A DNA stretch of 64,000 nt from Azolla caroliniana (taxonomy: Eukaryota > Plantae > Polypodiophyta): positions 12,710,001 through 12,774,000 of the forward strand of contig JBHGNT010000012.1 of assembly GCA_043228905.1 (NCBI GenBank). Direction: 5' to 3'. Shown here piece by piece: positions 1-12,662 of the stretch. The notes beneath the pieces were generated by a model, which worked only from the letters and a program-made list of their open reading frames with translations, was not told where the DNA came from and did no database searches. A program made the position numbers and the translations under genes. Each line of letters starts with the position of its first letter. Position 1 is the first letter of the stretch.

Positions 1-595
1 CTAGTAACTTAGCTCACAAAGTACAGAACTAGTACTAATCATGAACCATGTAGTACTTACTAAGTACTAATCCAACAAATGTAGATTGGTATTTTGCACA
101 CAAGTAATACTAAACATGATATGTGTTCTACACACCTAGTTACATAACTTGTACTAATTACACCAACAGTATTAATCTTGAATAGTATTAGTACTAAATG
201 TGATATGTGTTTGACACACCTCATTTCCAGATTACAATAATTGTACTATTATTCAGCAATTTACTATACACCTTGTTCCCAAATTACATTACTAGTACTA
301 ATTCCCAAGTTACACAAACAATACTAACAGTCAACAATGTACTATAAGTATAGTGTTTACTAAACTAATACTAGGCAAGTTGCAATATAGATTGGACGAT
401 GTTGTACCTGGTTCCCTTTTAGTACTACTAATTCTGGAAAATATCCCTACAACTACACATACCAATTATATATTAAGAGTACTTCCAATACTAACCCACA
501 TAATTAGGGTTCCACCTAATAGTTGTTAGAGATTACACTAAATTTGAAGTATGAATTGTGGCATACACTAGTTCTAGTCCAAATGTTAATTGACA

Positions 596-1969
596 TCATA
601 TAATACAAACAATAGAATAGTAGAGCCACATACCGTACGGGTGTACTTTTAAACCCCAAGCATAGCACCACTCAGCCGCAATTGTAGTTTTACAGTCCAT
701 ACATGTATTCTCTGTCTCAAAATGATACTTAGCACATAGCACATGATATGTGTGCAAGCATGGTGTAATCACAACATCCATAGCCTCCAGCTTGAATCCG
801 AGGCCACAAAATATACACCTGGAAGATTACAAACACAAGTTATAATATATTAGCTGCTCACTTATTTATACCAGAGAAGTAGAAATAAATAACTTTTAAA
901 GCCAATACCGTGATATAACTATACTAATAATGGTACTTTCTATACCACTTGGGTGCTCAATTACAGATGGACACAAAGTATCAAAACCATTTTGTTTTAA
1001 ATCCTGCATCAAGCATGCAAGGTTCTCAGAATGCAACTTTAAGGCTGACAACTTATTATCTATTTCTTCATGTGCATTCCTACAAGTATCAAGGTCTCTC
1101 ATCTGTGAACCTAATTGAGTGCCCATATTGTTCAGCTCTTTCTTCAACTCCTCTTTCAACACCTCACTTTCTGAATTTTGGATTGTCCATGCAATCCATT
1201 CATATGTAGTTTTTATTGAAGAAAATTTCTTTTCTGCCTGTATCTCAGCTGATTTAACTGCTTCCAAATCAGCAAGTAGTACTTGTATTCTTGAGCTCAT
1301 AGAAGCTATGCAACCGGCCATCATCTGTTTATGCTTTTCAGCCATTGTGGCCCGTACCTTTGCCTCTAGAACTTGGTGGACAGGTGTTGTAGCTGGAATA
1401 TCCACATGAGAGGTTCCAGATGACTTCAAGCCAGTGTTGGTACTGGAGGACCCTTTGTAATGTTCTGACCGGTGCCGATTAAAATCTTCCCAATTTACGT
1501 CAATGCCACCTTGAACTTCACATGCAAAAGCACGTGCAAAAACAGTACCCACCTCATTGTTAGTGATTTGATTTGTATCATAAACATGTTCGTATCTCGT
1601 CTTCAATAAATTCATGTATTCCCTCTTCAAACCACTTATGTGGAATCCTCGCCTTGTGTCAGGATGTGCTGACCCCCAGGTTTTTAACAACCACTCTCTC
1701 AGCTCTGGATAAACGTCAGGTCGTGCTCGAAGGAAATAATTCCATCCAAGAGGTGTGTCTCGACTGATGGAGTGGTACATCTTCTTTCTCTGTGTTGATG
1801 AATTCATCACCCTTTCTCTTGTGGGTGTCTTCTTGCTTTCTTTCATGGGTGTCCTTCTTCCTTCCTTCATTGGTGTCTTCACTTTCTCTTTCATCAATGT
1901 CTTCTTTATGGGTGTCCTTCTCGTCATTTTCCTAGTCAACACAATTCTCAGGGAATGAATATGCATGTA
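596..1969 (-). CDS. Spliced gene (3' exons): Lys/Arg T-P-x-K repeats, coiled coil, C-terminal RING-H2 zinc finger (putative E3 ligase)
   Basis: ORF 896-1966 joins in phase to the 596-818 exon across a GT..AG intron at 908-819 (TCA CG|G TGT). This gives C-I-F-C-x15-C-L-H-T-Y-H-V-L-C-x10-C-M-D-C, a C3H2C3 RING-H2. An acceptor ttcttctag at 1971-1970 suggests further upstream exons. Confidence 0.6.
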
Positions 1970-2001
1970 CTAGAAGAAAACTCAAGCAATTACCATCTCC
2001 A

Positions 2002-2347
2002 CATAGCAAATCATCACATTGCATGTACAAACCATGTCAAACACACAATAACCCTAAATAGTCGGAAAAAAACTCATCCATGTCAAACACACAGACAATA
2101 AAAACAGACGGTTAGGAAAGTCAAAGAAAACGAAAACATTGTAAATCATCATAGCCAACTCCATCACATCGCATGTACAAGCCATGTCAAACACACAAAA
2201 ACCCAAAATAGTCGGAAAAACACTCATCCATGTCAAACTCACACAAAATAAAGCAGATGGACAGGAAACAAGAACAAAACGAAAACATAGCAACTCATCA
2301 TAGCCAACTCCATTTACGTTGCATGTACAAACATGTCTAACACACAA
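2002..2347. repeat. ~148-bp tandem repeat, about 2.3 copies (probably intronic)
   Basis: catagc(c)aa..catcaca..gcatgtacaa.ccatgtcaaacacacaa recurs at about 2002, 2150 and 2299. Confidence 0.7.
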
Positions 2348-2992
2348 CCACCTCGATCAAAATATTGTCATACATTTTCAAAAGAAACACAGAGAAACAC
2401 AGAGAAAACAAAAACATACCAGTTGGGCATGCAACACATAGACTATGAATAATCAAAACCTAAAAATGGCCATACACATGCAAATAAAAAACAGACAGAC
2501 AGGAAACATTCAGAAAAAGAAAACATACCAGTTGAGCATGCAACACAGAGAATACCTGGACGTCGTACAACTTGCAGAGGTACCACACCGTGTTGATTTT
2601 GACACCTTGGGAGCACACCAAGCCTTCAAAATCACCTATATGCAAGAGGTTGTTGACGAGGCTGCTGCAGAGGAGACAAACGAGCATACACAGAGGAGAC
2701 AAACGAGCATACACAAGGAAGGAAAATCAACAACACATACAACGAGCAGGGGAAACAAAAATCTCTGCGTATACAAAGTTCAGAGATCGAACCTGGCACA
2801 GAGGAGAACACAAGAACAGCTACGCGGGGAAACAGAGAATCGAAGGTGGACTGAGAGAGAGAAACAGAAAGAAAGAAAGAAACAGAGCTTCAAAGGTGGA
2901 GTGAGAGAGAGAAAGAGAGAGATAGACCTGTAATAGATATGTCGTCTTTCTTTAACTTTCTGCCACTGTCTGTCTGACAACTTCGAGACAAA

Positions 2993-3069
2993 AGAGAGAG
3001 AGAGAGAGAGAGAGACATACCAACTGACACGTTCGACTACCCATACCAGAGAGAGAGAGAGAGAGAGAG
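2993..3069. repeat. Two (AG)n microsatellites
   Basis: AG runs at about 2993-3014 and 3047-3069. Confidence 0.9.
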
Positions 3070-3341
3070 ATACTGAGACTGACCAACTGTCACAATGGAT
3101 ACCTTCTCCAGGTGTGCTTTCGTACAACTCTACCTAGGAGACTGGGGCAACAATTAATGTATTAAATATGGCCTAGGGACATTTCGAGTGTGACGTATAA
3201 TATCTTTGTGCATTCGAGTGTGACGTAATGAATTTGTTTTTTGTTTTTTGAAATTTATTTACAATTTTTAATGTTTATTTTCTTCTTCGATTTAGTACTA
3301 AAGTTTTGGCCAAAAGTTGGTACACCGTAGCATGCTTCGAC

Positions 3342-6300
3342 CCAAGTCCTAGATGAGATCAGCCCATCGTGCCTTACGACCTTTCAGGTCTTGTTGGTCA
3401 CAAATCTATTTCAAGGACTCGTGGTCGGTAGTTACCACAAAGCGATTTCCATAAAGATAATAAGGCCATGTTTTGAGCGCATGTAGAACTGCAAATAATT
3501 CGTTTTCCTAAACAGTATACCGACATTGAGCAGAATCATGTTTCTTACTCATGAATGCTATTGGTTTACCATCTCGATATAAGATAGCACCTATAGCATA
3601 ATTGCTTGCTTCGGTTTCAACCTCAGAAGGTTTTGAAGGATCAGGTAAAAGAAGTGAAGGAGCCTTGCACACCAGGTCCTTGAGTTCCTTAAAGACGAGG
3701 TCTAGTGTAGCATTCCAAACAATAGGTTTTATAGACTTACGCATTTGACCTTTTAGAAGAATAGTAAACGACATCGTCAATTGGGAGTAATTACGAAGGG
3801 ATTTTCGCAGAAACCCAACAAAACCCAGGAATGATTGAACTTCTCGAATATTCCAAAGAGTGGGCCAAAGCGTGATTTTCTCGATGCGACAAGGATTAAT
3901 TTCAACTCCTCATTCGGTTATGAGATGCTCAAGATAAGTAATTGATTTCTTGAAGAACTAACATTTTGAGATCTTCGTATAAAACTGTTTGTCACACAAT
4001 GTTTATAAAACAAAGCGGACATGTTTAGCATGTTCTTGTAATGTATGGCTATGAACTAAATTATCATCCAAGAAAATAACGACAAATTTTCGAAGTTGTT
4101 CTCGGCAAAATGTCATTCATTTTTTGTTGAAATGTGGCCGGAGCATTCGTCAAACCAAAAGGCATAACCAAAAACTCATAATGGCCATAGCGCGTACGAA
4201 ATGCCGTTTTAGGTGCATCGTCCTCACTTATACGAATTTGATGGTAGCCAGTACGGAGATCAAGTTTCATAAACTACCGAGCTCCCTAAAGATGGTCAAT
4301 TAGATCATCAACCTGAGGCAAAGGATACGAATTCTTGATCGTCACTTTATTCAAGCGTCGGTAATTAATACACATACGCCATGTGCCCTCTTTCTTTGTA
4401 ACCAGGGGAACTGGGTCACCCCATGGAGATTTACTATAACGTATATAACCCATTCGTACATAGTCCTTGAGTTGCTTAGATACCTCATCCTCTTCGGATC
4501 GACTTAAGCGATAAGGAGGTATACTTATTGGTGCAACGCCAGGTTCAATATCTATACGATGGTCTATATTACGTTTAGGAGGTAACCCATCTGGTAGTTC
4601 ACTCGGAAAAACATCACGAAAATCATGTAAGATTTCATCAAGTTATTGTTGTTCCAAAATATGTTAATTGAACTGAGACATTATCCATATTGTAACCGTG
4701 AATGTTTGGATCAAGTACACAATAAAATAGAGTAGAACAAGACAACTCGGATCTTGATGGAGAGAAAACAATTGAGAGGGATTGTTTTTTTACACATTGA
4801 ATAAAATGAGTACAATTGTTCAGTTCAAATGTTATTGAATGATTAACCTTATCAATAGATAAAGAAGAGTTTTTATTATAGAACCATGGATAACTAGTAT
4901 TACATCAATGGTACAAAGATTCATTACATGGAAGTCTACTTCCTCTATATAAGTATCAATAGAAATTCCTAATGAATGAATCGCATTGTTGATATATTGT
5001 ACTTACGGTGGGTTCAATTCCCCATATCTCAACCAAACGATCATTCACAAAGTTGTGTGAGCTTCCCGAATCAAACAAAAATTCTACGGAAGATCCATTG
5101 ATATACTCGTTTGCACGTAGTAAATCATTGGGACCCAATACATAGTGAGGGAAAGAACATTGACAATTACTTAAATAATGTGTATAGACTTGAAGGACAT
5201 TAGGAATCTGACCTTTATGGTGTGCAACTTTAGCTTTGTTGTCGTGATCTTTCCATTGGAGCTTTCGACATTGCTCTTTTGTATGACCCTTCTTTTTGGA
5301 GAATACGCAAAATGGATGTTGTCGCTTACAATCGCGATCCATGAATTTGTTGGGTGTCTTGCAATTCCCAGCGAATTGCGGCTGCTTAGTCCCGTGCACT
5401 TCGTTGGGTTTATTATGGTCCTTCTTCGCGAACCCACGCCACCAGGCGGAGGCCTTCCCCCCTAGTTCTCGGCCGACATATGCAATCTTCGTACTGTCTA
5501 GCGTGGGATAGAGCTCAAAATTAGACTCCCATTGGCCCAGCCACGTGCAGATTGCTTCTTCAGTTCTTTCCTTATCTTCTCCCGTAAATGGCTTAATGAC
5601 AAACGATGGTTCACCTTGTTGCTCATCAAGTTTATTAGTTTCACATTGTAAACTAATGACACGTGCCTCGAGAGCACTTTGAGATTGTCTAAGTTCGGTC
5701 ATCTGTTGAGCGGTGAAACTAAGGTATTGGCTTATTTGTGAAAAATACATCTCAATGGACATTTGTCCAGGAGGATTTCCTTGAGTTCTTTGCACTTGAG
5801 CTAATGACATCAGGTTGGTATTTTGAGCCATTAAATGATTATTTCTGGCAAAGAAATAGGATAAGGTCAGACAAATAGTCATAACATCATGTCGTGATGT
5901 AAACATATCATGGGTAAACATTAATCGATATCATAATCTCACGTCACTACCCCTGTAGACATATGAGATGAGGTTGAAGATCAGGTTACTATGGTAACAC
6001 AATGGTGTTTGAAAAACCACGGAGGTGACAAATTAATGTCTTTCCCTCATCTCTATATCGATTTTTTCATGGTGGCTCCCCGAGGTTCAACCATGTATGT
6101 TCGTGTCATGAATAGTTTATACACAAAACAATAAAGTATGTTTCTGTGCCCACATATGTGGTTTAGGCTCTTTAAGTCCTATCACGAGGACCCTGAAGTG
6201 CACTTAGACCTAAAGTCTAAACATGTGTTAAAGTCATATGTATCAACGATCTTGTATGGTCTTGGTCATATATGAACTCAATATCTCGAGAACAAATGCA

Positions 6301-7655
6301 TTAAACACTTGAGCTAACCAAATAGGTTGCTCGTGTTGAATATTGAATGTTTAATGCGTATAAGACATATGCAAGGCATTTGCCCACATATGTTTATTTA
6401 AAAGAAACATATATGTCAAGAGTCCTTATTTCCCCCTCATTTACCACAAACATTGTTGGTACGTTACTTAACCTCAAGTCTCGTAATTGTGATGGCATAC
6501 GCCAAAGTGCAACCTAATGGTCAAGCCAAATGAGCCCTCTTTTCGTAGTAGGCCCACGTGGCCCACCACATGGTTACGTCATTACGAATGCCTTTCGTAA
6601 GAATGATCTCATGGTGGCATCATATCCATGTAATGAGGGACGGATGTTGGATATCTATGTCATAAGAGCGACCTCACATCAAGTGGGTCAAGCCCTATGT
6701 TCTCAACACCATTGTGGCTAAGATTGTTTCATTATGTAATGAAATCGAAGTTACCAATGGGGATGTCAACAATAAAAATTTGTTGAAAAAGGGATTGTGA
6801 CAACGCCATTCTGACAAAAATGTGAGGATGGCCACCAAGATGCTTTCCCCGAAAAGGAGAACATTCGATATTGAATTCACGTAATAACTTAAATACACAT
6901 ATGTATATTATAACATATATACGATCAAATACGTATACACGTGACCACATATGCATATATAAAATAAATTTTAATATAAAATAGTAAAAAATGATGCAAT
7001 CGAGATACGTAGTTGAGGCATATACCCTCTACTCACACGAAACATCTAAATATAAGGGTTAATTGTAATACGCAATTCAAGTATTGACCTCATATGCATA
7101 CAACACCAAACACATATCATTTAGATACAAATCAAGGTAATGACCTCATATGCAAATGTAACATATGTTTGTGAACGTATTACGCAATTGAGGTATTAAC
7201 CTCGTGCGCATATGACATTAATCACATATTCAATATATGTCGAATGAGGAATTCACCTCGTGCACATATGTAAACGTTTTGTATAACCAATTAATTACCA
7301 CTACAACCTCATCGAATTAATGAAAAAAAATTACATATGACCGTATACATGATTAGAAGGGAGAAGAAAAAATAGAAAAAAAAACAAGAAAGATTACCGA
7401 AGTTCCTTTGTTGATCGTTGTCTGGATCAAGGCCGACCGCACATCGATCGATCACCATCAATCAAGAAGACAAAACACAACAAAAGAAACATTAGAACAT
7501 GAGCTCTGAAACCAACTATTAGAGATAGGATCTAAAGTAAGCATATGATAAGCATAAAATATAGATAGATATAAAGGAGAGAGAGAAAGAAGGTTTTCGA
7601 TCCACCCGACCACCCCTGAGCGAAGGCATCGAGACGGACTTGATCCTCGATCGGC
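3342..7655 (-). mobile_element. Decayed Ty3/gypsy chromovirus family D, copy D1 (partial LTR, PBS-iMet, long UTR, gag-PR-RT-RH fragments)
   Basis: PBS TGGTTTCAGAGC at 7514-7503; gag/PR (LFDSGSSHNF) in ORF 4956-5921; RT ([26 protein letters not shown]) 4064-4270; RH 3508-3780; many stops and frameshifts. Confidence 0.9.
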
Positions 7656-10600
7656 AGTGGTATGGGACGCCGATCGAGGCTCGAGTCCGTATCGATCCCT
7701 TCACTCGGGGGTGGTCGGGTGGATCGACACCCTTCTTTCTTTCTCTCCTCTCTATCTAGATCTATCGTTTATCCTTATCCTTTGCTTACATTAGTACATA
7801 TGTCTAATAGTTGGTATCAAAGCCTATGTTCTAATGTTTCTTTTGTCTTGTTGATTGATGGTGATCGATTGATGTGTAGTCGGCCTTGATCTAGACGACG
7901 ATCAACAAAGGAACTTCGGTAAGTCTTTCCTCTCTTTTTTTTGTATTTTTTCATCTCCCATCTAATCATGTATATAGTCTATATGAATTTTTTTTCATTA
8001 ATTCAATGATGTTGTAGTGGTAATTAATTGGTTCTATAAAATGTTTACATATGTGTATGAGATCAATACCTCATTTGACATATATTGAATATGTGATTAG
8101 TGTCGTATGTGCACGAGTTTAATACCTCAATTGCGTATTATGCTCACATAGATATGTTACGCATGCGTATTAGGTCTATACCTCGATTTCGTTGTAAATG
8201 ATATGCGTTTGGTCTCGTATGCGTAAGAGGTGAATACCTCAATTGCATATCACGATGAACCCTTATTTTTGGATGTTTTGTGTGCGTAGAGGGTATATGC
8301 CTCGATTACGTATCTCGATTACATCATTTTTGGCTATTTGATGTAACGATTTGTTTAATGTACGCATATGTGGTCACGTGTATACGTATTTGATCGTATA
8401 TATGTGTTAAGTAAACATATGTGTATATTTGATATTACATGATTTCTATCGAATGTTGTCCTTGTCGGGAAAAGGATCTTGGTGGCCGTCCTCACATTTT
8501 TGTGAGAATGGCGTTTTCACCATCCCTTTTTCAACAATTTTTTGTTGACATCCCCGTTGGTCACTTCGATATTTCGTTACGTAATGAAACAATCATAGCC
8601 ACAATGGTGTTGAGTACGTAGGGCTTAACCCACTTGATGTGAGGTCGCTCCTATTACACACATATCCAACATCCCTCCCTCATTACATGGATACGATGCC
8701 ACCATGAGATCTTTCTTACGAAAGGCATTCGTAATGACATACCCATGTGATGGGCCACGTGGGCCTACTACGAAAAGAGGGCTCATTTGGCTTGACCATT
8801 AGGTCGCAGTTTGGCGTAAGCCATCGTAATTACGAGACTTGAGGTTAGGTAATGTACCAAGAAAGTTTGTGGTAAACGAGGGGGAAATAAGGACTCTTGA
8901 CATATATGTTTCTTCTAAAGAAACATATATGGGCAAATGCCTTGCATATCTCTTATACGCATGAAACATTAAACATTAAAAAAGAGCAACCTAATTGCTT
9001 AGCTCAAGTGTTTAATGCATTTGTTCTCGAGGTCTCGAGTTCAAATATGACCAAGACCATACAACATCGTTGATACATATGACTATAACACATGTTTAGA
9101 CTTGAGGTCTAAGTGCACTTCAGGGTCCTCGTAATAGGATTTAAAGAGCCGAAACCACATATGTGGGCATAGAAACGTAGTTTATTGTTAACATTTTTTT
9201 CGTGTATAAACTATTCATGACGCAAACATACATGGTTCAGCCTCGGGGAGCCACCCTGAAAAAAATCGATATAGAGATCAGGGAAAGACATTTATTTGTC
9301 ACCCCCATGGTTTTTAAAACACCCTTGTGTTACCATAGTAACCTGATCTTGAACCTCATCTCATACGTCTTGAGGGGTATTCACCTGAGATAATGATATC
9401 GAGTAATGTTCGCCCCTGATATGTTTACATCACGACATGATGTTATGACTATCTCTCTGACCTTATCCTATTTCTTTTCCAGAAATAATCATTCAATGGC
9501 TCAAAATAACGACCCGATGTCATCCGCTCAAGCGGAAGGAACTCAAGGGAGTCCTCCTAGACAAATGTCCAGAGATGTATTTTTCGCAAATAACCCAATA
9601 CCTTAGTTTCACCGCTCAACAGATGACCGAACTTCGTCAATCTCAAAGTTCTCTTGAGGCACGTGTCATTAGTTTACAACGTGACACTAATAGACCTGAT
9701 GAGCGACAGGGTGAACCATCGTTTGTCGTTAAGCCATTTACGGGAGAAAAAAAGGAAAGAACAGAAGAAGCAATCTGCACGTGGCTGGGCCGATGGGAGT
9801 CTCATTTTGAGCTCTATCCCACACCAGATAGTACAAAGATTGCATATGACGGCCGAGAACTAGGGGGTAAGGCCGCCGCCGGATGGCGTTGGCTCTGAAC
9901 TTTGCGGAAATTGCCTGATACTTGGACGAATTTTTTCACAGTTTTTAAGGGTCAATTTATGCAACCTCCCTCTCGAACCGAGACAGCTCAAGCTTTAATG
10001 AACCTCTCTAGCAAGAGGTTTTCTTCGCTAGAAGACTATGTTCACCATGCTAGAACCCAAATCCAAAAATCGGGGTCTAGAACGGGACAATTGGTTAATA
10101 GCTTGTTTTGTCAATGGCATCCCCAATTTGGACTATCACTAGATAGTGCACGATAAGGATCCAAAATCCTTCCAAGGGGCCGTTGAGATAGTTCTTTGCT
10201 ACCAACGCACTTCGAAGAACGACCGGAACAAACCCAACGAAGCGCCCGGGACTAAGCAGCTACAATTCGCTGGGAAACACAAGACACCCAACAAATTCAT
10301 GGATCGCGATTGTAAGCGACAAAATCCATTTTGCGTATTCTCCAAAAAGAAGGGTCATACAAAAGAGCAATGTCGAAAGCTCCATCGGAAAGAGCACGAC
10401 AACTAAGCTAAAGCTATAGACCAAAAAGGTCAGATTCCTAATGTCCTTGAGGTCTATACACATCATTTAAGTAATTGTCAATGTTCTCTCCCTCACTATG
10501 TATTGGTTCCCATTGATTTACTACGTGCAAACGGGTATATCAATGGATCTCCCCTACAATATTTGTTTGATTCAGAAAGCTCACACAACTTTGTGAATGA

Positions 10601-11513
10601 TCATTTGGTTCAGATATGGGGAATTGAGCCCACTGTAAGTGATCACACCTATACGGTGCACTTGGCTGATGGAAGAGTACAATACATCAACGTGGCGATT
10701 CATTCATTAGGAATTTCTATTGATACTTATATAGAGGAAGTAGACTTCCATGTAATGAATCTTTGTACCATTGATGTAATACTAGTTATCCCTGGTTCTA
10801 TAATAAAAACTCTTCTTTATCTATTGATAAGGTTAATCATTCAATAACATTTGTACTGAACAATTGTACTCATTTTATTCAATGTGTAAAAAAACAATCC
10901 CTCTCAATTGTTTCCTCTCCATCAAGATCCGAGTTGCCTTGTTCTACTCTATTTTATTGTGTACTTAGTCTGGACATTCACGTTTACAATATCGATAATG
11001 TCTCGGTTCAATTAACATATTTTGAACAACAACAACTTGATGAAATCTTAAACGATTTTCATGATGTTTTTCCAAGTGAACTACCAGATGGGTTACCTCC
11101 TAAACGTAATAAGTCGATCCGAAGAGGATGAGGTATCTAAACAACTCAAGTACTATTTACGAATGGGTTATATACGTTATAGTAAATCTCCATGGGGTGC
11201 ACCAGTTCTCTAGGTTAAAAAGAAAGAGGGCACATGGCGTATGTGTATTAATTACCGACGCTTGAATAAAGTGACGATCAAGAATTCGTATCCTTTGCCT
11301 CGGGTTGATGATCTAATTGACCGTCTTTAGGGAGCTCGGTAGTTTACGAAACTTGATCTCCGTACTGGCTACCATCAAATTCGTATAAGTGAGGACGACG
11401 CTCCTAAAACGGGATTTCGTACGCGCTATGGCCATTATGAGTTTTTGGTTATGCCTTTTGGTTTGACCAATGGTCCGACTACATTTCAACAAGAAATGAA
11501 TGACATTTTCCGA
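7656..11513 (+). mobile_element. Decayed chromovirus family D, copy D2, head-to-head with D1, truncated in RT
   Basis: LTR 3' part to about 7809, PBS TGGTATCAAAGCC 7812-7824, gag fragments 9406-10406, PR 10503-10847, RT to 11513 where it joins host repeat DNA at CGA(C). Confidence 0.9.
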
Positions 11514-12020
11514 CGGCTTCGTCCAAGTTCTTACTTATCATTATGTTCTTGTAGGTGACTAACCTGTATATCGACGGAGTTTTGGCACTCTTGCCTCAAC
11601 TCTCGGTCTTGTGGCTCATCGTGATCGCTACTACGACGATCCCGATCCTGTTCAGACTCTCTCCTATTGTTTCTACGTTGTCCTTCATCGAGGGATCCTA
11701 CACGACATCGGTCACGCCTCTCCTCCTCGACATCCTTCTCCCTACATCGATTGCGCCTCTCGTCACGTGACTCATCACGATCGCGACTGCGAAGATCCCG
11801 TTCCTCTTTGAACTCTCTCTTGTTGTATTCCTAGCGCCCCTCCTCGATGGACCCCTCACGAAGTCCCCCACACCTCTCCTCATCCAAGTTCTCCTCTCCT
11901 CATTTGTCGTCGATCGCGCCTCTCCTCTTCGTGATACCGTACTACAGATCTAACATTGGCCGCGCTGCAGGCGGCTAGTATGATAACCGCCATGAGGAAT
12001 ATGATAATCAGCTTCGCCAT
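11511..12020 (-). pseudogene. 2S-albumin-like storage protein copy S1 (5' half; 3' end lost)
   Basis: ATG at 12020 reads MAKLIIIFLMAVIILAACSAAN (signal peptide), then R/E/D-rich repeats and LRQECQN; internal deletion and frameshift. Confidence 0.6.
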
Positions 12021-12086
12021 TGCTTGTGTTCGGAACTACCCTAGTTCTCTCTCTGCGTATTTGAGTGGGTCATAGTTGATTCACCC

Positions 12087-12124
12087 TTATATACACAAGG
12101 CCATGGATGTCTAGTACATGCATG
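12087..12124 (-). promoter_or_regulatory. TATA box plus RY box (CATGCATG) of S1
   Basis: TATATAA on the minus strand at 12093-12087; CATGCATG at 12117-12124; the same layout precedes the other copies, with some decay. Confidence 0.6.
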
Positions 12125-12214
12125 TCCCTTCCCACATCCATTCCTATAGACATTAATTGCATGATCCATACTTGGTCCACGTAAGACACCAATTACTTTT
12201 CACCACCCCCCTTT

Positions 12215-12318
12215 TGTCATGAACAGTACTGAGACAGAGAAGGAATTAGTACTAAACGAAGGATTAGTACTATGAGAGGTGTGGAACTTCTTCGAGAGAA
12301 GGAAGAAGTGAGCGAGAC

Positions 12319-12372
<54 letters not shown>

Positions 12373-12662
12373 AGAAAGATATTTATTATATGAAGAGAAT
12401 ATACAACGGTGGCTAAAAGGCTTAAGACTGGCGTTGAACCAATTTGGTTCAACATAATGGCTAGTGCCCTCTTTTATAGTGTTTTCAGGAGTAATCCTGA
12501 AGCTTCTAGAATGTTCCAGAGAAATCTGGAATATACACTAATTTCCTATAATAAAATGTAAATGAAAATAATATCCTACGTATTACAATAGATGGTCTAA
12601 TGGTCAAGAGCTCGACCCATATAATCTAAGGTCATGGGTTCGAGTCTTGCCATATCATGACA
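12215..12662 (-). repeat. 3' LTR of element A
   Basis: TGTCATGA..TCATGACA termini; adjacent PPT (ctatccccccttt on +). Confidence 0.95.
12586..12657 (+). ncRNA. tRNA-like A/B-box cassette at the U3 end of the element A LTR
   Basis: TGGTCTAATGG 12593-12603 and GGTTCGAGTC 12637-12646, starts 44 nt apart as in tRNA; also at 21351/21395 and, degenerate, at 54265/54309. Confidence 0.55.

Noticed and set aside
2445-3127. ORFs 2445-2933 and 2780-3127 as genes
   Set aside because: Low-complexity, microsatellite-driven frames with no recognisable motif; an upstream exon of the RING gene may lie here but I could not support it.
3183-3228. Duplicated TTCGAGTGTGACGTA motif as an as-1 element or transposon end
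   Set aside because: Only two copies, with no matching terminus in the window.
3342-11513. Single fold-back duplication or DNA transposon with long TIRs
   Set aside because: The arms are diverged retrotransposon copies of different subtypes, with no shared outer ends or TSD.
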